A stretch of 20,000 nucleotides of DNA, taken from contig QPGO01000002.1 in assembly GCA_008632985.1 (NCBI GenBank), forward strand, positions 1,043,048 to 1,063,047, given 5' to 3'. Both the position numbers and the translations under genes were made by a program. Shown piece after piece: positions 1 to 9,366 of the stretch (within the stretch, counting starts at the first letter, position 1; each line of letters begins with the position of its first letter). Source of the DNA: Psammoneis japonica. Taxonomy: Eukaryota. The notes beneath the pieces are model-generated. The model worked only from the letters and a program-made list of their open reading frames with translations. It was not told the origin of the DNA and ran no database searches.

Positions 1-1
1 T

Positions 2-169
2 CTCGTCACCAACCCATAAGGCGTGGGTGGCGTCGAATGGTGTTCTCGCAACTGCTCCTCCAAGAGCTTCAACGTAAAAGCCCATTTCGCTTGCATGTTC
101 GTTGTGGTGGTGCTCACTCGTTAGAATATAAACAGAGGCATTTTCTAGTGGTGATTCGTCGTACGACAT
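2..169 (-). CDS. 5' end of a paralogue of the neighbouring BRCT-like/J-domain gene (runs off the left edge)
   Basis: Not in the ORF track. Manual translation from the ATG at 169 gives MSYDESPLENASVYILTSEHHHNEHASEMGFYVEALGGAVARTPFDATHALWVGDE. This aligns without gaps to the N-terminus encoded from 2633 (SPLFRASVYIISSPHHHDEHAEEMRFFIEALGGQVAGSPYDATHALWVGDE). Confidence 0.85.
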   Translation of the reverse strand, partial: MSYDESPLENASVYILTSEHHHNEHASEMGFYVEALGGAVARTPFDATHALWVGDE

Positions 170-765
170 TGCTTCTTCTAATCTTGGAGGCTTGACTAGG
201 TCTAGAGTAACTTCTACTGTAAAAGATGTGTCACTACGGATCGATTGTTCTCAATTTTGGAATTTTTGAAATTGTTGGTGGCAGATTTGCTGACGTAAGC
301 TCGGAAGCCACGCTTGTTCGCGCATGACGTTGCATCCAAATAACACGCAAAGTATCCAGAAGCTAGAGAGCAATAGTCTACGTAGCTTTCTAGCTAGCTA
401 CTCTAGTAGCAGAGGTATCGGTTCTCTGGAGAGCTAGCCCTCGCTAGTAGTAGCTACAAGAATCAATGTTAGGGGTCAGAAGTTCTGCACTAGACTCTCC
501 CACTGTCTCTTGCTACTAGAGAGAGCACAAGGCTGCAAACATTTAGGACTGGGATTGATCAAATCTTTGCAACCCACAGACACTAGAGAATCCCAACACT
601 ATTGCTCTAATGCACTTCATGCAAATTCCATACCTTATATCTTTGTCGCGCAGCATAACTCCCAGTGAGGCATATACTCAATGTCGAATTTGAATGTCTG
701 TTCACAGGTACAAGTAGAGGACCTCGAGCTTCGATAGCTAATCCGTAAAAATCCCCACTAGTGAT

Positions 766-2633
766 TTAACCAGCACCGTCAACAATAGCATAAAACACAC
801 CCTCCTTGTCGAGTGAAGTGAGAATGTCATTGAGCGTTGAGCGCTTCTCGGGATCCGAAGGGACCAACGCCTGGTAGTGCCCGGGTGTATATTTGAGGGT
901 AAGCGTGTTTGCCTTTCCCCATGCCTTGTCATCATCAGCAACACTCGAGTAGTTCGTACCCTTGTATACGTCTACAAAACCAGATGTTGAGTCAAAGACG
1001 ACAATCGCCCACTCTGAGAGCAGTGTGGACGACTCAAGAGTGTAAACGAGAAAATCAGAAAACGCCTGAACCTCTTCGCCGACCATGCCTTGGTGCGCCC
1101 ACTCTGGATGAGCTTTTACCACCGCTGATTCAATGGTACGCTTAAGCTGCAGGGCTGTTTCACCAATCAGGGTCTTGTCCAATTTCTTCAACTCGGGGTC
1201 GTCATCTTCGGTCCCAACGAGAGCTCCAACTCCACGCAAGTAGGACGAGGCCAAGCTGAGATAGAAGCACGAATTAGCAATGCGTTGATTCTGCTCATTA
1301 CGGTTGAATGCTCCTGCGTCCTTTGTAACGAGGCCCAATGAGTCCACAGCATGAGCCATGTTGGATGTGTTGACGTCAATCATCGCACCGTGGTGTGCAA
1401 ACATATCTTCCACGAGTTTTCGGTGATCTTGTAACTCATTGTCCCAATAGGCCGTACTGTGAATAGTCTTGCTTTTTTCAGTTTTGGCCTCCTCTTCAAC
1501 AAACGTCTTTTCCTCGCGAGAGGTGGATTCGAGAAGAGATCTGTATGCTCGCGCCAAGTTAGCAAACTCGTTCGCACAACCACCCTTGTCTGGATGAATC
1601 TGTAACGCTTTCTTCCTGTAGGCTGAGCGAATCTGTGCTGGTTTCGCCGTCTCGGTAACACCCAAGGTCTCGTATACGCAAGGATCGGGCGCTGCACTTC
1701 GTCCCTTATCAACATTCTCTTGAGAAACGATCGAGTAGTCCAAGACGGACAGTTCAATCGCCCTTGCAATCTCGTCTTGTTCCATCTTTTCTGGATCCTC
1801 CATTGTGAGCTTGTAAAAGGTCTCACTGATAGAAGTCCCTAGCCTCAACGGCGTGTCCACGCCAATGTTGTACCTACCGGCTGCAGGAACAAGTTGGCCA
1901 CCAGCTTGCTCAGGTATAGGCACATGTGCCGATTGAGGAGACACGGATGCGGCAATTGGAACCAATTGTGCTTCTCTAAACGGTGTAGCACCTGGAGGAT
2001 CAATCTTATAGTCTGTAGAGACAACAAGATCACTAGAAGGCCCGCTCGTTTTGGAAGCACGAGCGAGCACAAGGGCAAGCTGCTCGTCAAGCCCGCTTTC
2101 TTCACTTGAAACTGCAGGAGGATCTTCAGACTTAGCCTCAAGTAGATCTTTCTCTTTGACTTCAGGTTCGGGTTGAGAAATAGCTTCTGATAGATCTTCC
2201 TCCTTGACTTCTTGTTTGGGTTTTGGCTTTTCTGCGGGCTTGGCTGGAAGGCTTTCTTTCTTCAATTCGGTCAACGCTTACTCTTAGTTTTTGGACGTTG
2301 TTGAAGATTGTATACAGCGGCGGGAATAAACGGAGTGATGTCAATATCTGACCAGTGCTGGTCTTCTTCCAACACTGACATTTGTTGAAGCCAGCCCCCG
2401 TCCACAATGGCCACGTTAAGATGTTGACATTTCAGCATGACATGTTCGACATGCGGAGTGACTGCATTTTCGTCGCCCACCCAGAGGGCGTGGGTCGCAT
2501 CGTATGGAGAACCCGCGACCTGTCCACCAAGGGCCTCGATGAAGAACCTCATTTCCTCGGCATGCTCATCGTGATGGTGGGGGCTTGAGATGATGTACAC
2601 AGATGCTCTGAAGAGGGGAGAATCAATTGTCAT
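766..2633 (-). CDS. Multidomain protein: BRCT-like N-terminus, UIM, DnaJ (J) domain, OTU-like cysteine-protease C-terminus; reading-frame break or intron near 2275
   Basis: ORF 2271..2645 (ATG 2633) has a BRCT-like pattern (LGG..V, ATHAL, IVDGGWL). ORF 766..2274 has a UIM-like EQDEIARAIELSVLD (~1740-1785), a J domain YETLGV...IRSAYRKKALQIHPDKGG...F...RAY (HPD at 1588-1596), and OTU-like NSCFYLSLA (Cys 1267-1269) and PGHYQAL (His 877-879). The two ORFs overlap by 4 nt and the downstream one has no ATG of its own at the start, so they are read as one gene. Confidence 0.8.
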
Positions 2634-3149
2634 TTTACTTGTCAACTTCGTCTTTTGCTTCGTCGAGCTACAGATGCGACTCTTTAAAGAGGGGTCGCCT
2701 TACGTGCAGTGCTCAAGGGGCGAGGTGTTAAAGGGGCGACGGTTCTTCTTGCTCTCAGGGTTGCTGTTCTTGGTTGTTTCGTTTTTTCGTTGAACAGCGA
2801 ACAGCGGTGACACGAAAAATCTTTGTACTGATAGCTGGAGGTAAGGTTATGGGTCCAGGGCGGCCGGTCCCTGCTCGCTTGTTTTAGCTTGAATTCTGTC
2901 ATTGTTTTAGCGTGCTTCACCGTGGTGAAAACCGCATGCCACAAGTTTGTAACGGGGTTTCCGCCATGGGACTTACATCAGAATTATGTTCTTCATGGTG
3001 TGTCAAATGATCGACGTGATTGTCCCATGGCAGAAGACTGATTTTTTAGAAAGCCAATGACCACCAGCAAGGAGCGAGCGAGATGAGCGGTCTTTGATTG
3101 TTCAAAGGTTGACCAAGAATGGGAGCCAACACCTGGCCCACACCATGTT

Positions 3150-4650
3150 GGCAGCACAGGCATGCTCATGAGTGACAGCTTGGTGGGCCTCTGCAATTAA
3201 GGTGCAGAGAGACTGTTGTGGAAGCCATGCCTGGGGAGGTGGACAGTGCACTTGCCAGGAGGGGCTTTGTTTTTGTTCTTGTGGCGCAACATGTGACAGA
3301 GTCACACAAGAACAAGGGCAGCTTTCACACAATTCAGAGATGCCACTGTTGCAGGCTGGCAGCTTGGAGGAGGATGCCAGTCACTGGGCCTGTCATGGTG
3401 ACTGAGCCCTTTCCTTTGCAACTTGCAAGCTGGTGTGTGTGTTTTGTCACAGCCCGCATGGTGGGCTGCATTTTCCCGCACATGTCAACCATGCTGCCTG
3501 CCACTGCCTCCTCTTGGAGCATCATGCCAGCCAGTTCAAGATCCAAATCATTGATGACCCCACCCACCTGAGTTGGCATCTTGTGTGGCGCAGCTTTGAA
3601 GATCTGTGCCGGAGGCCGTCAGCGAGAAATCTCGTCATTTGGCCCCAGCAGCAAGGCACCTCTGAGCTCCAGTTTGGCAGCACTGGTGCAGGCACACCAC
3701 AGAAGTGTTCTTTGGCAGCAGAAAAGAGTTTGGCCAGTTGTGTGGGGCATGGCACCATGTCTGAAGCTGGCATTTGGCACCTGAGTCTGTGAAAGACATG
3801 GGAGAGTTTTGCAAGTTTGACAACATCAGCTGAAAAACACAAAGCATCAATGATCCAACCCAGGATGACCCTGATGGCCAGCCATTTGGTCCCCCCCCCC
3901 CCCTCCTTCAAGAGCTTCTCAAGGGATGTGGTTTCTCTGCAGCAGTGGTCATTGGCTCACATGTTGAGCAAGCAGGAGAGCTGGTGGTTGTTGACATGGA
4001 GGCATTCTTGATGGCACAGATGATTGAGCCAAGCCTTGCAACCTTCTTGCATGACTCCAACATTGTTGTCTGGGTGAAGAACATCAAAATGTTGGAACTG
4101 CCTTCAGCTCTCAGCAGCATCTCTTCCATTGAATTGACTTTGGATCCATGAGCTTTTGCAAATGGCTGGCATGTGTTGGTTGGTCAGCAGGCAGAACATT
4201 GACTTGCAATGCCTTGTCTCATGGGCTGCCACCTGCTCCAGTGGGTGCACTGGAGGAGGACCCCATGCAGCAGCTGTGCATGCATTGGCCAAATCCGTTG
4301 GTGCCCACAAAAAAGCAAAACAGACTTTTGACCCAGCCCTTGGACAGAGCCAATGAAAAGGTGATGAGAGGCTCTTTGACCAGACCTTCCAGAGATGCCA
4401 AACCTGGTTTGGGTGTGTCAGCAGGCTTCAAGCCCACCCCAGAGAACCCGTTGGCATGATCCAGCTTGATGAGATAAAAACTGGAGATCTTGTGTGGGAC
4501 TCGACCCAGCATGCATCTGAATTGCATGGCTTCTGGCATCTGTGAGTGGTTAAACAAAAAGTGGAAGCAGATCGGGCAGACAATGAGAGGTGGAGTAGAA
4601 GGAAAGAAAAATGTTGGGGACACATTGCGATTGTCAGGTGATGGACAATT
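3150..4650 (-). mobile_element. Decayed DIRS/Ngaro-like (tyrosine-recombinase class) retrotransposon pol fragment (RT + RNase H), multiply frameshifted
   Basis: Colinear minus-strand remnants of motifs I recognise from this class: PEAMQF, YLIKLDHANGF (KxDxADGF), EPLITFSLALSKGWVKSLFCF (PLALPMGWxESPPYF), DLANA, HVNN at 3987-3998 (YVDD), KW...VILGWIID, CPTQLAKL (RPTRxAEL), INDLDLELAG (TNSDLELAG), KGSVTMTGP...LLQ (RNase H). No gag, recombinase or terminal repeats were recognised. Boundaries are approximate. Confidence 0.85.
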
Positions 4651-5109
4651 GTTTGCTGTTATGGACAAAGATGATTAGAGGAGTGCGCGAATGACACGTT
4701 TGTTTCCTCAGCGCGAGTTTATGCGAACGTCTGTGACAACAATTCAGGACGCAAGGAATGGGCAGGGAAAATAATTAGAAGCGCTGTCAACGAACATCTG
4801 GGAAAGCGAGAGCGAATCGCCCTCTCTGGATGTGGAAGGCTCCTCGTCGTTTCTTCCGAAAGGAGAGAACTGCGCAAAAGCTTGAGAGGTGCTCAATCCC
4901 TTAAAAAGTTGAGAATTCACACGTTATCAGAATGGGATTTACAGAACGAAAGCTACAAAAACAACAACAGCTTAAAGGTTGTCTCAAGCCTGCTGGCCGA
5001 TTTTAAGTAGAATTCACTCAAAACGTACTCTACATGTTGCCTTAGTTTTGCATTAAATGTGCTTACCAGCTGACTGGGTGGTTAGCGTTCTCCTGCTCTC
5101 TCGCTCTCT

Positions 5110-5661
5110 CTAGCGCTTGGACTTGCCACTAAGGCCAACTTCCATGAGTACGTTCCCGGAAATAGCAACGCTAGCCGCAAGTCCCGCTGTGTACGCCAAG
5201 GCACGAAAGGGTTGCTTCTGAACGAAGTAGTAAAGGAAGAAATGCGACAAGCGCGCGTATACAAAGGTCGTGACGGCTGTCGGAGCCCAAGCTGGTAGAG
5301 TGGCAGTGGCATACGGCCAGAGAGTAGCCACGGCAAAAAAGAATGGCTCGTTTTCGGTCGCGTTGCGTTCCATGGACTGGAGACGGTACAGATCATTCTC
5401 ACTTGTACCCGCCTTGACAAAGCAACCCATGGCGTAGTAAAAAAGGTTGAAAAAGCCTCCTCCGGTTGGATCGACCCACTTGGACGGATTGCTCTCGGGT
5501 GTTCCGTCGCCTCCTTCCTTGTCGGGAATGTTGCCGTACTTTCCCGTGAGGCCATTTGCGAGACGGACTCGAATCACCATTACATGATTAACGCACACTT
5601 TGACCGTCAGAACAGCGGCAGCCCATGCTAGAGTCTTGTTGTACGATTCCGTGCTGCTCAT
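5110..5661 (-). CDS. MAPEG family membrane protein (microsomal glutathione S-transferase / PGES-like), 183 aa
   Basis: ATG at 5661. Four hydrophobic segments, plus RLQSMERNATENEPFF (MAPEG R..H.N..EN equivalent), FVYARLSHFFLY and QPFRALAY motifs. Confidence 0.85.
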   Translation of the reverse strand: MSSTESYNKTLAWAAAVLTVKVCVNHVMVIRVRLANGLTGKYGNIPDKEGGDGTPESNPSKWVDPTGGGFFNLFYYAMGCFVKAGTSENDLYRLQSMERNATENEPFFFAVATLWPYATATLPAWAPTAVTTFVYARLSHFFLYYFVQKQPFRALAYTAGLAASVAISGNVLMEVGLSGKSKR

Positions 5662-5879
5662 GATGATAATGATGACTACGAAGCTGGCGAAAGGTGACTG
5701 CAACAAGACGGCGGCCGCGACTAGCTAGAGAGAGAGGGAGAGTGGAGAGAGTGATGAATAGAGGAAGTGAACAAGAGTTGTTGATGTCAACGTTCGAACG
5801 TTTCGTGGAGCGAAATCTTCTTCCCGCGATGGGAGAGCAACGGACGTACGACAACGGACGTGAAAGAATTTTGCATCAT

Positions 5880-6330
5880 ACATGCATTCGTTCATGATTG
5901 CTTCAGCGGCCACCGCCGTTTCGAACAGTGCAGTTAACTCCGGCTCTAACTCTAGTTTGTGGCAGAGGTCCATTTGCAGAGCTCAAGCTCCAGACTCAAT
6001 CACCACTGGGGTGGGTGGGAGGATCCTTTTAAAGCTGTCTGCCAGCTGTTGGTGCAACAAAACAAAAAACGACAACAGAGAGGACGACCTCGTCAGCCGA
6101 GAGAGACATCGGCAATTGGCGGTCAGGCAAACAGCAAGCATTTGACATCTGTCCTTTGTGGGACAGACTTGAGCCAATCAACAGCCCTTGCATCATCTTC
6201 CCCATTCTGCAGTGGCTGCCTCCACTTCCAGCGGCACAGCCAAGAACGGCGCCCCAGCTCTGACTCCAGCCAGCTGGAAGCAGAGGTCCATTTGCGGAGC
6301 TCCAGACCCAATCACTGGGAGCCTGACACA
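5880..6330 (-). pseudogene. Relic of an intron-containing gene with two copies of a ~35-aa module
   Basis: Identical 16-mer GCAGAGGTCCATTTGC at 5962-5977 and 6280-6295. Minus-strand translations are VIESGA*ALQMDLCHKLELEPELTALF and VIGSGAPQMDLCFQL/LESELG. Between them is an intron-like 3' end (GCTGAC at 6097-6092, pyrimidine tract, CAACAG| at 6046). An in-frame TGA and frameshifts are present. Confidence 0.5.
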
Positions 6331-9090
6331 CAGGCTCCCAGGCCCAGCTTTGATGAGGTTGCCAAAGGCAGACCAAACAAATTCGTGTGGGAAGGCAACA
6401 TGGGCAGGAAGGGAAAGGTCTCAGCACAAGGGAGCTTCTTGGTTGTTGATGCATGAGCTGAGTTTTCACCTTGAGAGAGCCCCCGGGATAAGAAACTTTG
6501 CATGGCAGGCTCAGCTTTGATGCAAAGACAGCACATTGTTTTGTCAGAGAAAGTGTCATTGTCCAATGAATGGGGGCAAGACTTGGCTGCACTGGTCGCA
6601 CGGCACTTCATCAGGCTCATCATGATGTGGGGAAATCATGAGCCACTGTTGTGAAAAAGACATGTTTCATTCAAAACACACCAGTGTTTAAATGCTGTTT
6701 GCCTGGACAACATGGCTGGCATTGTTTGTCATGCAGGCAAGGCTCAAAAACTTCTTTGCAGTCAATGGCAGAGTGTGTTTTGCCCAAATGGCTCATGGTT
6801 TCAGACCAGCATCTGGCATCTTTGGCATCACAGATTGTGGGACATGGGGCACCATCATCATCATGTGGATTGCAAATGGCCACAATGGCTGTCTTTGACA
6901 AAAGAAGCAGGAGAGAGAGTGCTCTCCTGGAGAAAAAAACCCCTCTCAGCTGGCACCACTGTTGAGCTGTGTGGCAAAGGTGGTTGCTGCTGCTGAAGAA
7001 AAGGGTGCTGCTGCTGCTGCTGCTGCTGCTGGAAACAAAGGGTGCAGCAGAGATTCACCACAAAATTGTGCTCACAAGAAAAGATTCAGACCATCAACAT
7101 GTCAATGAGATTGAAAAAATCCCTGCCATGCTTTCCTCAACAGAGACATGATGCTCCAGGAGCCAGCCCTGGGCAGGACTCTGTGTGACATGGGCCCACA
7201 AAATTCTGCATGGGTGCAAGCTTTGCAGTTCATGCACCAGGCAATGGGAACATGTTTGTTTTCAACACCAAATGAATGACCACACAATTGCCCCTCTTCA
7301 TGTTGGGTGTTTTTGAAAACCTGCTTCTGTTCCAGCGCACGCTCTGCACACATTGAAAAATTGCTTTGGAGACAAGAAAACATCAAAAGTGGGTGAATGG
7401 ATTGCCCAACAATTGGGCTGCAAAATGACACAAAATGCAGCCAAAGTCATGCAGAAATGTGTGTGCATGTCACATGGTGCATGATAAAAAATGTCAGCAT
7501 CACAGTTCAGCCAGTGCTGCAAGGCCCCACCTGGAGCTCGGGGGCACCCAGAGCTGCCAACAATCCCTTGGAATGGCCAAGCCTTGCAGCACAAAAGCCT
7601 CACAACAAAAGGCTCAGTTTTTGCATGTTGTCTCACCTGAGCAAACTCCCTGCTTCTCACTCAGATGGACCCACACGGAAGGAGAGCCAACATTCGTGGC
7701 AAGGGTTTTTCAACTCATTGTGTCCTGGAGCCTTCTTCTTGGCCCCAGCTTTTGCAGTGCCTCTCAGAAAGAGACTGTCACCATTGGCTTTTGTGAAAGT
7801 GCAAGAAAGAGTGTGCTCTCAAAGATTGAAAGTTGACTGTGTGAGGATGTCATGCAGGAGGCTGAAAACAAGTCTGAGTTTGAAACTCTTTTTTAAAGTG
7901 GTGCTGCTTTGTTTGTGATCAGCGTGGTTGAACAACATGATGACCCCACATGTGGAAAGTGGAGGTGAGTTTCAATGCAAAAGATTTGTCAATTTTTGCA
8001 GCAAGAACAAGAGATGAAGGCAGCTGCAAAACTTCCCTCTTCCTCCATCTGGAGGTGAGGTCTTGGGAGCTCACACGCATTTGTCTGCTGCCAGTGTGCC
8101 CTGTTCATTGTCATTGCTGCAAGCCAGACATTCATTGCAGTTGACACTTTGCCAAACTGTCCCTGCCACAAGACATCAAGACCCACCTCATGCCCCTCCT
8201 TGAGCAGCACTGCCACTTCACGTCACCCCTGGATGGGTTGGCAGCAACAGATCTGACATTGAAGCAACTCCAGCAACTCTTGCATCAGCAAACTTTGCTC
8301 AGGTCCTGGAGTTCTTGGGGCAGCTGCAGCAAACACTGACAGTGGACTCAGCTCGGGCACTGGGTGGAGCAAAGCAATTCAAGCAACTGTGCCACCACCA
8401 GAGCAGAGGAGCCGACTCAAGCCCCCCAGCCCCCCCCCCCCCCCCAGTGGACATGCTGGCCCAACTCCAGCAACCACAAAGAGCAGCAAACTCAGCTCAA
8501 GCCCTGGTTGCAGTGGAGCTCTGGATTTGGCAGAGTGACTCCATCAGCTGTTGCCAGCAGCAAGCTTGTGTCACATTGGCGGCCTCCCATGCCCAACCAA
8601 CATCTGCGCTGGCAGTTGGGTGTCCCACACGCCACCTGCTGGGCTGAGCCTGGGCTCAGACATTGATGGATGGAAAGATGGATCTCCTCCCTCCTGCTGC
8701 ATCTCTCAGGCTGGCTCCAGCGGAATGGGCACAAGTCCTGAGTTGGGTGCTGGCTCGCTCCTTGCAGAGAGCATGTGGGAAGAAGCAGCGCACCAGCACC
8801 CAATCCTGGCATTGGCAAGTGCTGGCTGTGCGCTGCAGCTGGCTGGCCGCACTTCTCTTGTGACGTGCTGACAAAGCCTCAGATGCAGCAGTTTGTTGTG
8901 TTTTTGTCAATGGCGCTGCCATGATGACGACAAGTGGGGGGGGGCTCATCACTTTCCACCCGAACAACCATGTGAGAAGGAGGAGAATTCAGACAGACGA
9001 TTCCTCACCAGGGCCGCCCGCATGTGGGCAATGCATTGTGGTGCCCTTGGGTGTGTTTCGTGCACAATTCTTCGCAGAAAAGTTTTGCGT
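5960..9090. other. CpG- and TpA-depleted hypermutated island 2 (decayed coding or repeat sequence of unidentified origin)
   Basis: About five TA dinucleotides in ~3.1 kb by manual scan (~6030, 6489, 6689, 7485, 7894), few CG, and abundant TG/CA. Overlapping short ORFs in all frames are Cys/His/Gln/Trp-rich and almost Tyr-free. Confidence 0.85.
7006..7031 (+). repeat. (TGC)8 microsatellite
   Basis: tgctgctgctgctgctgctgctgctg, with a shorter TGC run at ~6985-6995. Confidence 0.95.
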
Positions 9091-9366
9091 GTGTAGATTT
9101 CATGCCAGTGACAAGTGCGGTGACTGGCGGTCACCTTGCCTCTTGAGAGTCAGTCAATGCAGTAAAAAGAGCGCCCTCCCAAAGCAGTGCGGTCGACGCG
9201 GCGGCGGGTGTGGCGGTTATTCCACTGCGATCGGCGGACGCGGCACACTTTTTCTCAAAGACGAACGAACAGTTGCACAGCATTGGCGGCAACAGCTTTT
9301 GGAAAATCGCTCTGCCCTCTGCCATGGCGTTTATTTGCATTGCTACTAGAAGTACTTACAACAAGC

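Noticed and set aside
3150..4650. RT relic as a diversity-generating retroelement or retron explaining the adenine-specific changes
   Set aside because: Motifs and the RNase H match DIRS-like elements. No TR/VR pair is present, and the changes are dinucleotide-specific transitions over kilobases on both strands.
5962..6295. Direct repeat considered as LTR, CRISPR repeat or TSD
   Set aside because: Only two copies 318 bp apart, and similarity continues as a protein module. There is no array, PBS or internal pol.
3891..8445. Poly-C runs (3891-3903, 8430-8445) as functional G-quadruplex or DGR-like elements
   Set aside because: They are single homopolymers in decayed DNA, best explained by slippage, and their lengths are unreliable.
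9187..9366. 60-aa N-terminal extension of the glycosyltransferase ORF from a GTG start
   Set aside because: This is a eukaryotic gene, and ATG 9367 directly precedes the signal-anchor. The same reasoning was used to trim ORF-track starts at 2645, 5706, 13921 and 15198.
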